A DNA stretch of 64,000 bases. Origin: Bryobacterales bacterium. GTDB taxonomy: Bacteria; Acidobacteriota; Terriglobia; Bryobacterales; UBA6623. Positions 48,729-57,638 of the stretch are shown here, one piece after another. A program made the position numbers and the translations under genes. Numbering within the stretch: position 1 is the first letter of the stretch; every line of letters begins with the position of its first letter. Location of the stretch: contig CBDHHA010000008.1 of NCBI GenBank assembly GCA_965263255.1, forward strand, positions 3,461,987-3,525,986, in the 5' to 3' direction. The notes under the pieces are model-generated. The model was not told the origin of the DNA. It did not search any database and was given only the letters and a program-made list of their open reading frames with translations.

Positions 48729-49682
48729 ATGACAGAGCGCGGGAACGATTTCGTCGCCTTCGCCAAGCGGACGGTGGCGAGCCGGGTCTCGACTCTTGGC
48801 GGCGAGTTGGGGCGGGCCCGGCTGGACCGGGGCGTGGAGGAAGTCCACGATCTTCGGGTCGCCGCCCGTCGCACCGTCTATGCACTCGATGCGTTCCGCA
48901 CCATGCTGGAGTGCCGGGACTGGTTGCGCTTGCGGCGCAGGGCGAAGTCGATCCTAGCGGTCGGAGGTTCGGTGCGGGATCGGGACATTGCCGTCGGGCT
49001 CGCATCGGATGCCGGAGTGGGACCGGAATCCGGAGTCGTCGAATCTCTGGCGGCGCAGCGTGAGACCGCCGAGGCGAACCTGTGCACCGAACTGGAGCGA
49101 AAGCGCTACGGCGCGTTCGCGGATCGCTGGACCGACCGGATCGGCCGGATCCAGCCGAATGGAGCCTCCGCAACGGGGAGCAGCGCGGCGCAGGGCCGAG
49201 ACACCACTCGCTACCTCGAGTGGGATCCGGCGGCCTCCTGCGTTGGCAACGCAATGCTGGTACTGCCCAGCGAGGCCGAGCGATACCTAGCGACGCGACG
49301 CAAGACTTGCGACGGCGATCGGACGCCCGACCAGCTGCATCGGCTGCGGCTGGAGGGAAAGCGGCTCCGCTACACCCTGGAACTCTTCGCCGAGTTCTAC
49401 GGAACCGGCTTGCGGGAAATCCTGGCTCAGCTCAAGTCGACCCAGCAACTGCTCGGGGCCATCAGCGACTGCGATGCAACCGAGGAACTGGTCCGCAAGG
49501 CGGGCCTTGTCTCGGCTGGCGGCGCATCCGAACTACTCAAGGCGCTGCGGGCAGCCCGCGAGCAGAGCGTGCTGGCCTTCCTAGCCAGCCGCCACGCCTT
49601 CGAGGGCGAGTCCGGTGCGGAGCGGCTGTGGCCGCGAGTACTCAAGGAACCGGAAGCGGCGCACGAGGCCGAAGGCCCTTGA
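48729..49682 (+). CDS. CHAD-domain protein
   Basis: It has the CHAD helical-repeat signatures 'VHDLRVAARRTVYALDAF' and 'LHRLRLEGKRLRYTLELF...LKSTQQLLGAISDCD'. Confidence 0.8.
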   Translation: MTERGNDFVAFAKRTVASRVSTLGGELGRARLDRGVEEVHDLRVAARRTVYALDAFRTMLECRDWLRLRRRAKSILAVGGSVRDRDIAVGLASDAGVGPESGVVESLAAQRETAEANLCTELERKRYGAFADRWTDRIGRIQPNGASATGSSAAQGRDTTRYLEWDPAASCVGNAMLVLPSEAERYLATRRKTCDGDRTPDQLHRLRLEGKRLRYTLELFAEFYGTGLREILAQLKSTQQLLGAISDCDATEELVRKAGLVSAGGASELLKALRAAREQSVLAFLASRHAFEGESGAERLWPRVLKEPEAAHEAEGP

Positions 49683-49711
49683 GGCAGCACCGGATTGAAT
49701 CCGCCGGCCGC

Positions 49712-50659
49712 TCACGGCGCGCAGACGGTCGTGAGAAACAGATCGAGGAATCTCTCGACATCGATGTCCACCGCTCCCGTCACGGCCGAGCCGGCCTCGC
49801 CGTTCGAATCGGTCACCACCGTCCCCCGCGTCGGACCCTGGGACGTCACAACGTCGCAGGTGGCTCCGGCTGTCGAGACCAGGCCGGGGTCGATCGCCAC
49901 AGCGACGGCCAGCGGATCGTGCAGCGCGCACGAGTCCCCGCCTCCCGCCTTGCGGCAGAAGTCGAAGTACGGACCGGCGATGTCGCCAAGGAACGAACCG
50001 AGCTCCCCGCGAGGCATGGCCGCCCGGCACCGTTCGAAACGCTTGCGGCCGAGGCGGGCCCGCTCGGTCACATTGAGACCGACGACCGTCACCGGGAGGC
50101 CGGACCGGATCACCGCTTGCGCCGCCAGCGGATCCGAGTAGAAATTGAACTCCGCGGTCGGCGTAACGTTTCCCCGGCCGTCCAAAGACCCGCCCATGAC
50201 AATCACCTCGCGCACCCGGGCCATGGCGCGCGCGTCCCGCTCGAGGGCCGCGGCGAGGTTGGTGAGCGGCCCGAGCGTGATGATCGAGAGGTCGCTGCCG
50301 TGCCGTCGGGCCATCGACACCATCTGGTCGGCAGCGTGGCCAGTCCGAAGCGATAGGCCCTTGACGGGATACTTGCTGGACGCGCCGCCGAGGCCGTCAC
50401 CGCCGTGGACGTGCTCGGCCCTGGCCACGCGCGGGCTCAGCGGCCCGGCACAGCCCTCGAATACGGGCGGCACTGCGGCCAGCTGAAGGACGCCTAGGAT
50501 CCGAAGGACGTTTTCCGAGCAGGTCCTCAACGAGACGTTTCCGGCAACGACCGTAATGGCCCGCACGTCCAGCGCCGGAGAGCGGATCGCGAGCACAAGC
50601 GCCAAGGCATCGTCGAGTCCCGGATCGGTGTCGATCAGAACTGGCTTCGGTGCAGTCAC
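49712..50659 (-). CDS. Nucleoside hydrolase (inosine/uridine-preferring family)
   Basis: The N-terminal fingerprint is 'VLIDTDPGLDDALALVLA'. 'TLGPLTNLA' and 'EFNFYSDPLAA' are also present. Confidence 0.9.
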   Translation of the reverse strand: MTAPKPVLIDTDPGLDDALALVLAIRSPALDVRAITVVAGNVSLRTCSENVLRILGVLQLAAVPPVFEGCAGPLSPRVARAEHVHGGDGLGGASSKYPVKGLSLRTGHAADQMVSMARRHGSDLSIITLGPLTNLAAALERDARAMARVREVIVMGGSLDGRGNVTPTAEFNFYSDPLAAQAVIRSGLPVTVVGLNVTERARLGRKRFERCRAAMPRGELGSFLGDIAGPYFDFCRKAGGGDSCALHDPLAVAVAIDPGLVSTAGATCDVVTSQGPTRGTVVTDSNGEAGSAVTGAVDIDVERFLDLFLTTVCAP

Positions 50660-50813
50660 GGTCCTCGCCTTCCGGCCGAGCCGGTCGACAGAAAGACAGC
50701 GGGACGGAGTCCGGCTCGACGGACCGCAGGCCCCAGGGCCTGCCTGCCGGTCGCCCGCTGCCTAGGGAGAGACCGAGGATAGCAGCCCGTTCCCGGCCGG
50801 TCGCCGGACTCTC

Positions 50814-53135
50814 CTAGCGGTCCCTGGAAGAGGACGAGGACGAGCTGCTCCGGGAACTTCCGGATGAGCTCGAGCTGCCGCGGGAGCTTCCAGATGAGCT
50901 CGAGCTGCTGCGGGAACTCCCGAACGACCCGCTGGAACTCGAGCGGCTACCGCCGTAGGACGGGCTGGCGGACCTCGACGACGAACTGCTGCTGCTTCCT
51001 CGCGTAGAGCCACTGTAGGAAGGGCTCGAGCTGCGGTAACCGCCGTAACTCGAGCTGCTCCCCGAAGAAGATCGCGGCGAGTACGCAGGACCGCCTCCGC
51101 CTCGGCTGCTGCCGAATCCACCCGCCGATCGCGACGCTCCAGCAGTGCGGGAACTCGTTCTGGGAACGTAGACCGGGGAAGACCGCGACGTGCGGGACGC
51201 TGTTCTCGGTGCGGAGGCCGAAGATGCCGCCCGCGTCGATCGCGAGCTGGATCCCGCGGATCCGCCGATGCGCGAGCTCGTCCGGGGCGTAAAGACCGTC
51301 GTGCGGCTCGATTGGCCGGAACCCGGCGAGCGTACGGTGGCGGTCGAGCCGATAGTGGCGCGGCTCGCCTGCCGCTGCCTCGCGCTCCGCGGCAGAGTGC
51401 GGGCCTGCGGCTCGGCTGTCCGAGAGTTCCCGCGGGCCACGGACCCTTGCCGGATCGAGCCCTGGGACACGGACGTGCGGATCCGGGACTGAGTCCGCGG
51501 GGCGTACACCGGAGACGCCACCCTGGACTGCGCGGAACGCGTTCGCACGCTGGCGCCGGCACGGGGAGCCGATCCCCGTGCGGCGGTCGAGGTGGCCGGA
51601 TTCCGCGCAGAGAGGGAACCGGTCGAGGCCGCCCGCGGCTGCTGGCGGGTGCTGGAACCGGACCTCGGCGCCGTTCCGGCTTGATAGGCTCTCTGGAACT
51701 CTTCGACAGACGCTCGCACACGGCTTCTCTGGGCATCGAACGAAACGCGCGAGGTGCCATCCCGCAGGACGGTCGAGCCTCCCCGCCGCATTGCCGTCAG
51801 GCCGGCTCGGCCCAGAGCAGTCGAACGGGACTGCAGCACATCCCCTTGGCTCGCGCGGTCAGGAACGACCGGCAGCGGGCCGCGAATCGCAAACGGCGCT
51901 GCGGTGCCCGCCAGGCGCAGGGCCCTCGGAGTCTGCGAGGCTCCCCTGCCGAAATTGCTCGCGGCGAGATGCGACACGCCGACCGCAGCGCGGGCATTGC
52001 GGTACGTGTTGTAGATGCGAACGCTGTTGTCCGCGATGATGACGTTGCGGGCAGAGCCGTTGTATAATCGCCGCCCGTACCAAGGGTCGTACCGCTCGCC
52101 CGGCCCCAGCGGGCACCAGCCGATCGAGTTGATGGCGAGTTGCGAGCCGTACCCGAAGAATGTCACCAAGGCGGGTCGCCAGACGTGGCTCAGCGTCGGC
52201 GCGCCCGGATACCAGCCCCAGCCGTAGATCGAGTGGCGATACCAGCGGCCCCAGTGATACGGCGACCAGCCCCAAGGCTCGGCGCCGACCCAGGACCAGC
52301 CATAGTAGTCCAGCCAGACCCATCGGCCGTGCCTGTACGGGACCCAGGACGCTGTGACGTACGGGAACCAGGAATGGCCCATGCCGGGAACGTATCGCCA
52401 TTCGCCGTAGTAGTCGAGCTCACCGGCGCCATAGATGTCCTGGCTGACGAACCGATACGAAGTCGCCCTGCTGGCTTCCTTGTCCCTTGCCGCCGCCCAT
52501 TCCTCGAGCACTGACGCCGGATCGGCCCGGCGGATCTCGTACTCCGTCCCGGACGGAGCGGCCCGGACGACCATCATCCGGCCCGCTTCCAGCGAGCGCG
52601 ATTGATCCCGGAACGCAACCTCCGTCTTGCCCTTGCGAACGCTGATGTACGTGGCCTCAGGCCCTACCTTGACCTGGTAGCGGCCGGGCTTCATCGGGCG
52701 GGCCGCCGCGAGAGGTGTCTCGATGTCCACGTCGGCCTCGCTCTTGGCAAGCTCGCTGTAGACCACGGTGCCCTGAAGCACGCGGAACCGGAACTTCTTC
52801 CGCCCGAGTTCCAGGAACACGACCTCGGCATAGCCGCCGAGTCGCACGAAGTTGCCGTACGCCAGCTGGATCTCGGCCCTGGAGTCGCCGCGAGTGTGGA
52901 CGGCGTCGCCCTCGACGATCGGAAGATTCTGCGTCGCGGCGATCCAGTCGCCGGAATCGCCGCGCATCGTAGCGACGTCTCCCTGGACGATGCTGATTCG
53001 CGCCACGCCCAGCGCCGGACCGGTACTGTCGTCGGCGGCGAGCGCGATCGGTGCCAGTGGGGAAAGGGCAATGATTGCCGTGGCGGCGGCGAAGCCGATT
53101 GACGCGCGCATGGGCCTGTACCTCCTCGCTCTCAT
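50814..53135 (-). CDS. FecR-like/DUF6600-like secreted protein with long Ser/Arg/Gly-rich disordered C-terminal tail
   Basis: It has a signal peptide (MRASIGFAAATAIIALSPLAPIALA) and a FecR-like beta region ('ARISIVQGDVATMRGDSGDWIAA..N.PIVEGDAV.T...SRAEIQL'). The Trp/Tyr-rich block is 'YYGEWRYVPGMGHSWFPY...WVPYRHGRWVWLDYYGWSWVGAEPWGWSPYHWGRWY'. About 330 aa of S/R/T/G/A low complexity follow, ending ...SSSSSGSSRSSSSSSSSRDR. Confidence 0.75.
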   Translation of the reverse strand: MRARRYRPMRASIGFAAATAIIALSPLAPIALAADDSTGPALGVARISIVQGDVATMRGDSGDWIAATQNLPIVEGDAVHTRGDSRAEIQLAYGNFVRLGGYAEVVFLELGRKKFRFRVLQGTVVYSELAKSEADVDIETPLAAARPMKPGRYQVKVGPEATYISVRKGKTEVAFRDQSRSLEAGRMMVVRAAPSGTEYEIRRADPASVLEEWAAARDKEASRATSYRFVSQDIYGAGELDYYGEWRYVPGMGHSWFPYVTASWVPYRHGRWVWLDYYGWSWVGAEPWGWSPYHWGRWYRHSIYGWGWYPGAPTLSHVWRPALVTFFGYGSQLAINSIGWCPLGPGERYDPWYGRRLYNGSARNVIIADNSVRIYNTYRNARAAVGVSHLAASNFGRGASQTPRALRLAGTAAPFAIRGPLPVVPDRASQGDVLQSRSTALGRAGLTAMRRGGSTVLRDGTSRVSFDAQRSRVRASVEEFQRAYQAGTAPRSGSSTRQQPRAASTGSLSARNPATSTAARGSAPRAGASVRTRSAQSRVASPVYAPRTQSRIRTSVSQGSIRQGSVARGNSRTAEPQARTLPRSARQRQASRATIGSTATVRSPGSGQSSRTTVFTPRTSSRIGGSAGSSSRSTRAASSASAPRTASRTSRSSPVYVPRTSSRTAGASRSAGGFGSSRGGGGPAYSPRSSSGSSSSYGGYRSSSPSYSGSTRGSSSSSSSRSASPSYGGSRSSSSGSFGSSRSSSSSSGSSRGSSSSSGSSRSSSSSSSSRDR
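50841..50930 (-). repeat. Three tandem 30-nt imperfect repeats inside the Ser-rich tail coding region
   Basis: The units are cgagctgctccgggaacttccggatgagct, cgagctgccgcgggagcttccagatgagct and cgagctgctgcgggaactcccgaacgaccc. They encode reiterated SSSGSSR(G/S)SS units on the minus strand. Confidence 0.6.
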
Positions 53136-53382
53136 CCGTGCGGAACCTTAGATGCTCCCGGGCACCGTCCGGTTTCGGTCCGGACACGATTATCTCGAAT
53201 TTGAGGGCTCGGTGCGCGGTCTCGACCGCCCCGAGCCAGCGAATTCCGGCTGCCTTCGCCGGGGCCGAACCCCCGGCGAGGGACGGAATCGGACTGCAGG
53301 AGGCCTATCCCTGCCGGGCCGCGCAGCCTCGCTACGAGGCGGGAATCACCCTGCCGGCGGCTCGAGTGCCATAATCGACGCC

Positions 53383-54837
53383 GTGACACGCATCGTCCCT
53401 TTGCTGGCAATGCTGGCCGCCCCTCTGCTGGCCCAGCCCGCGTTCGACCTGGTCGTGCGCGGGGGCACAGTGATCGATCCGGAATCAGGCCTCAATGCCG
53501 TCCGAGACCTCGGGATCGTTGCCGGCCGCATCGCCGCGGTCAGCGAGCAGCGTCTTGAGGGCAGGCGCGTCGTCGATGCATCCGGGCTGGTCGTCGCTCC
53601 GGGCTTCATCGACCTGCACCAGCACGGGCAGAGCCTCGCCAACTACGAGGCGCAGGTGCGTGACGGAATCACCACCTCGCTGGAACTGGAAATCGGCGTC
53701 GAGGACATCGACGCTTGGTACAGGGACAGGCAGGGCAGAGCGCTCGTCAACTACGGGGCCAGCATCTCTCATCCGTACTCGCGGCAAATGGCAACGCTGG
53801 GCCGGAATCCCGGCCTGGCCGGGGAGTCGCTGGCCCGCGAGCTGACCGAGGGCCAGATGGACCTGCTGCGGAGGAGGATCGAGCGCGGGCTGGAGGAGGG
53901 CGCGGTGGCTGTGGGCTTCGGCCTCGCATACACGCCCGGCGCGACGCGCGACGAAATCGTCGAGATGTTCCGCATCGCGACGCGGTTCGGTGCCAGCTGC
54001 CACGTGCACATGCGCACGGACCACTCGACGTTCGCCAATCTGGAGGAAGTGATCGACGCGGCCCGGGAGACGGGCGCGCAGGCGCATGTCGTTCACCTCA
54101 ACAGCAGCGCTCGAGACCGCGTGCTGGACTACCTGGCACTGATCGAGAAGGCGCAGGCCTCGGGCATCGACATCACCACGGAGGCCTACCCCTACAACCG
54201 GGGCTCGACATTGATCCAGTCCCACCTGTTCAACGAGTGGCAGGAGTACACGGACGAGCAGCTCTCCCAGTTCATCTGGGTTCGCACGGGCGAGACCCTC
54301 ACGCGCGAGACATTCCCCGAGCGGCGCCGGATGGGAGGCACCATCATCCTCCCGCCCCTCTACAAGGAGGAGAGCGTCCGGCACGCAATCGCAAGCCCGA
54401 TCGTGATGATCGCCAGCGACGGGATGTTTCTGAGCGGCGAGCGGGCGCACCCGCGGACGTTCGGGACGTTTTCCAGGGTTCTCGGCCGCTACGTTCGCGA
54501 GGAACGGGCGCTGACGCTGGCGGAAGCGATTCGGAAGATGACGCTCATGCCCGCGGAGCGACTCGAGCGGAGAGTGCCTGCGATGCGGAACAAGGGCCGG
54601 CTGCGCCCGGGGGCGGACGCGGATGTCGTCATCTTCGACGCCGACACGGTGATCGACAAGGGCACGTACTCGGACCCGGCCCGGAGCCCGGAGGGAATCC
54701 ACCACGTGATCGTCAACGGCTCGCTTGTGCTGGAGGACGGCAACCTCACCGGCGATGCACGGCCCGGACGCGCGGTCCGGGCGGAACGATCCTACCCGCT
54801 GGCACCCGGCACGACCTGGCACTGGCCCGGCCAGTAA
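53383..54837 (+). CDS. Amidohydrolase, N-acyl-D-amino-acid deacylase (D-aminoacylase) family, secreted
   Basis: GTG at 53383 gives VTRIVPLLAMLAAPLLAQ. 'DLVVRGGTVIDPESG...GRIAAV...VVDASGLVVAPGFIDLHQHG' is the metal-binding N-terminal pattern of this family. The C-terminal 'GRLRPGADADVVIFD' is also typical. Confidence 0.85.
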   Translation: MTRIVPLLAMLAAPLLAQPAFDLVVRGGTVIDPESGLNAVRDLGIVAGRIAAVSEQRLEGRRVVDASGLVVAPGFIDLHQHGQSLANYEAQVRDGITTSLELEIGVEDIDAWYRDRQGRALVNYGASISHPYSRQMATLGRNPGLAGESLARELTEGQMDLLRRRIERGLEEGAVAVGFGLAYTPGATRDEIVEMFRIATRFGASCHVHMRTDHSTFANLEEVIDAARETGAQAHVVHLNSSARDRVLDYLALIEKAQASGIDITTEAYPYNRGSTLIQSHLFNEWQEYTDEQLSQFIWVRTGETLTRETFPERRRMGGTIILPPLYKEESVRHAIASPIVMIASDGMFLSGERAHPRTFGTFSRVLGRYVREERALTLAEAIRKMTLMPAERLERRVPAMRNKGRLRPGADADVVIFDADTVIDKGTYSDPARSPEGIHHVIVNGSLVLEDGNLTGDARPGRAVRAERSYPLAPGTTWHWPGQ

Positions 54838-54955
54838 CGTCGTCCGGCAACGGCCTGCGAGAAATCCGCGAAAGCAAGCGTCGAAACTGCCGTCAGCGGC
54901 GCTCACCGCCAACGGAGTGTCGTTGGCCGGGCGGGCACAGGTACGGTCTTGGGGG

Positions 54956-55031
54956 TGGTGAGGCGGCTGGGAATCGAACCCAGGACCCACGGCTTAAAAG
55001 GCCGTTGCTCTACCAACTGAGCTACCGCCCC
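54956..55031 (-). tRNA. tRNA-Lys (anticodon UUU), CCA encoded
   Basis: The reverse complement is GGGGCGGTAGCTCAGTTGGTAGAGCAACGGCCTTTTAAGCCGTGGGTCCTGGGTTCGATTCCCAGCCGCCTCACCA. It has a 7-bp acceptor stem with one G-U pair, the D-arm GCTC/GAGC, the anticodon stem ACGGC/GCCGT with loop CTTTTAA, the T-arm CTGGG-TTCGATT-CCCAG, and is 76 nt long. Confidence 0.95.
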
Positions 55032-55326
55032 ACGGACTCGGAGTGCAGCCCGGGAAGGCACCTGCCGGCCGGGACCCAGCGAAACTAGCCGGCCGGTAGG
55101 CCGCCGGGCCCCGATGCCAACTCGCCGTCCCGGCAAGCGATCACCCTCAGCGTAACAGCCGATGACGCCCCAAGGGAACGCTCGCAACTGAGGCTGCGCC
55201 CGATCGCCCGACTGGGTGTCCGGCGGCCTCAGGCGAATCCCGGACCGGGTCCTTGTCCGGAGACCGTTCCATCCAGCCGGCATTGGAAGTGGTACATTCC
55301 ACGGTTAAAGCGACCGGGCCATCCCC

Positions 55327-56688
55327 ATGTCAACGATGCAACGCAGGCTGGGCCTGCTCAACGCCACGACCATCAACATGTCCAACATGGTCGGGATCGG
55401 GCCGTTCATTGCGATCGCCCTGATCCTGAAGACGCTGGGAGGCCCCCAGGCGTACCTCGCCTGGGTCGTGGGCACGCTGATCGCGCTGGCGGACGGCCTT
55501 GTGGTCGCTGAGCTCGGCGCGGCCAGGCCGGCCGCCGGCGGGACCTACGTATTCCTGAGGGAAGGGTTCGGTGCACGCACATGGGGGCGCATGCTGGCGT
55601 TCCTATTCGTGTGGCAGATCCTGTTCGCCGGGCCGCTGGAAATCGCCAGCGGGAACATCGGCCTGGTCCAGTACCTCCGCGTGTTCCTGCCCGACATGGG
55701 CGAGCTGGAGGGCAAGCTGCTCGCGGCAGGCATCTGCGTGCTGCTGGTCTACGCGCTGTATCGCCGAATCGACGACATCGCGAAGCTCATGTTCTGCCTC
55801 TGGTCGGTGATGCTCGTGACCACGGGTTGGGTGATCGTGACGGGCATCCTCCACTTCGATCCCGCACTCGCCTTCGACCTTCCCGAGGATGCGTTCCGCT
55901 TCGACCTCGCGTTCCTGCGGAGCCTCGGCGAGGGCTCGGCGGAGGTGCTGTACCTGTTCCTGGGCTACTACCAGGTCTGCTACCTCGGCGCCGAAGTCAA
56001 GGATCCGGGACGGACCATTCCGAGAGCCGTGCTGTACTCCATCCTCGGGGTGGCCGTGATCGACATTGCGATCTCCTTCAGCTTCATCGGCGTCGTGCCT
56101 TGGAGGGAGGCGATGGAGTCGCAGTTTCTCGGAGCCCTGTTCATCGAGCGCGTCTACGGCCCCTGGGCGGGCAAGCTCCTGGCAGGCATGATTGTCGTCA
56201 CCGCGTTCGGATCCATCTTCGCCCTGCTGCTCGGCTACTCCAGGGTCCCGTACGCGGCGGCCAGGGACGGCGTCTTCTTCCAGCAGCTGGCACAGCTGCA
56301 TCCGACCAAGGAATTCCCCCACCGCTCCCTGCTGCTGATCGGGGCGGGCGCGGTCGCGGCGAGCTTCTTTAGCCTCGACAACGTCATCAAGGCCCTGATG
56401 GCGGCCCGCATCCTGATCCAGTTCATCGGGCACACGATCGCGCTGTTCCTGATTCGCCGCAGGTCCGGAGCCGAAGACAGGCCGTTCAGCATGTGGGGCT
56501 ACCCGCTTCCGGCGATCATTTCGCTGGTGGGCTATATTTATGTGTTCCTGTCGCTCGGCACGGCATTCGTGCTGTTCGGAGTCGGGACGCTGCTGCTGGG
56601 CGCCGCCGTGTACCTTGTGATCGCGCGCAGGCAGGGCGAGTGGCCGTTCACAGCCGAAGCCGGAAGCCGCCGAGGAACACCGCAATGA
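55327..56688 (+). CDS. APC-superfamily amino acid/polyamine permease
   Basis: It is 453 aa with about 12 TM segments. The N-terminus 'LGLLNATTINMSNMVGIGPFIA' is typical of APC transporters. Confidence 0.9.
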   Translation: MSTMQRRLGLLNATTINMSNMVGIGPFIAIALILKTLGGPQAYLAWVVGTLIALADGLVVAELGAARPAAGGTYVFLREGFGARTWGRMLAFLFVWQILFAGPLEIASGNIGLVQYLRVFLPDMGELEGKLLAAGICVLLVYALYRRIDDIAKLMFCLWSVMLVTTGWVIVTGILHFDPALAFDLPEDAFRFDLAFLRSLGEGSAEVLYLFLGYYQVCYLGAEVKDPGRTIPRAVLYSILGVAVIDIAISFSFIGVVPWREAMESQFLGALFIERVYGPWAGKLLAGMIVVTAFGSIFALLLGYSRVPYAAARDGVFFQQLAQLHPTKEFPHRSLLLIGAGAVAASFFSLDNVIKALMAARILIQFIGHTIALFLIRRRSGAEDRPFSMWGYPLPAIISLVGYIYVFLSLGTAFVLFGVGTLLLGAAVYLVIARRQGEWPFTAEAGSRRGTPQ

Positions 56689-57548
56689 CCGCCCGCATCC
56701 TTCTTGCACTGACCATGACCGCTGCTCCACAACTCGCCGCCGAACCGATCCGCGTCATAGCGATCGGAGCCCATCCCGACGACTGCGACATCAAGGCGGG
56801 TGGCATCGCCGCCAAGTACGCTGCCGCCGGGCACAAGGTCAAGTTCGTGTCCGTGACGAACGGCGATGCCGGACACCAGGCCGAAGGCGGCGGGATGCTC
56901 GCCGCCCGACGGCGCGCCGAAGCGCGGGAATCCGGTCGACGGCTGGGCATCGAGTACATCACGCTCGAGAATCACGACGGCGAGCTCGTCCCCAGCCTGG
57001 ACGTGCGCCTGCAGGTCATCCGCCAGATCCGCGGATGGGACGCCGACATTGTCATCGCTCCCCGGCCGAACGACTACCATCCCGATCACCGGTACACCGG
57101 GATCCTCGTCCAGGACGCGTCCTACATGGTCACGGTCCCGAACATCGCCAGCGATACGCCAGCGATTCGGAAGAACCCGCTGTTCCTGTACTTCTCGGAC
57201 CGATTCACGCGGCCGCAGCCGTTCCGGCCCGACATCGTGGTTTCGATCGATGACGTGATCGAGAAGAAGTACGCAGCGCTCGATGCCCATGTCTCGCAGT
57301 TCTACGAGTGGCTGCCCTGGCACGCCGGCATCCTGGACCAGGTGCCGAAGGATCCCGCAGGACGGCTCGCGTGGCTCAAGTCCAACCGGAGCTTTGCGAT
57401 CCGCGACGCGTGGCGGGAGGCAGCGAGGAAGCGCTACGGCGACGCAGCGGACAGCATCCAGGCAGCCGAAGCCTTCGAGATCACGGAGTACGGGAGGCAG
57501 CCGGACGAAGAGGATATCCGCCGACTGGTGCCGTTCTTCCCTGAGTGA
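56685..57548 (+). CDS. PIG-L/LmbE-family N-acetylglucosaminyl deacetylase, secreted
   Basis: It overlaps the permease gene as ATGA. The start is MTARILLALTMTAAPQLAA, followed by 'VIAIGAHPDDCDIKAGG' (AHPDD motif) and 'HPDHR'. Confidence 0.85.
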   Translation: MTARILLALTMTAAPQLAAEPIRVIAIGAHPDDCDIKAGGIAAKYAAAGHKVKFVSVTNGDAGHQAEGGGMLAARRRAEARESGRRLGIEYITLENHDGELVPSLDVRLQVIRQIRGWDADIVIAPRPNDYHPDHRYTGILVQDASYMVTVPNIASDTPAIRKNPLFLYFSDRFTRPQPFRPDIVVSIDDVIEKKYAALDAHVSQFYEWLPWHAGILDQVPKDPAGRLAWLKSNRSFAIRDAWREAARKRYGDAADSIQAAEAFEITEYGRQPDEEDIRRLVPFFPE

Positions 57549-57638
57549 CCCCAGCCAGTACCGTCATCGCCGCCGCACCGTTCCGAATGTCGCGCTGAGC
57601 CTCGCGGGCCCCGGCATCGCTCGTTACAATGTTGAGCG

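Noticed and set aside
50762-51760. 332-aa minus-strand alternate-frame ORF in the Ser-rich tail region
   Set aside because: It is a by-product of the low-complexity GC-rich repeat DNA. The 50814..53135 frame is contiguous with the FecR/DUF6600-like domains.
53485-54990. 501-aa minus-strand ORF and 457-aa plus-strand alternate-frame ORF (53715..55088)
   Set aside because: Both overlap the D-aminoacylase-family gene and even the tRNA-Lys gene. The composition is Arg/Pro/Gly-dominated.
54840-55330. tRNA-Lys as a possible integration hotspot for a genomic island
   Set aside because: I could find no integrase, no direct repeat of the tRNA 3' end and no compositional shift on either side. The flanking genes look like ordinary core or accessory metabolism.
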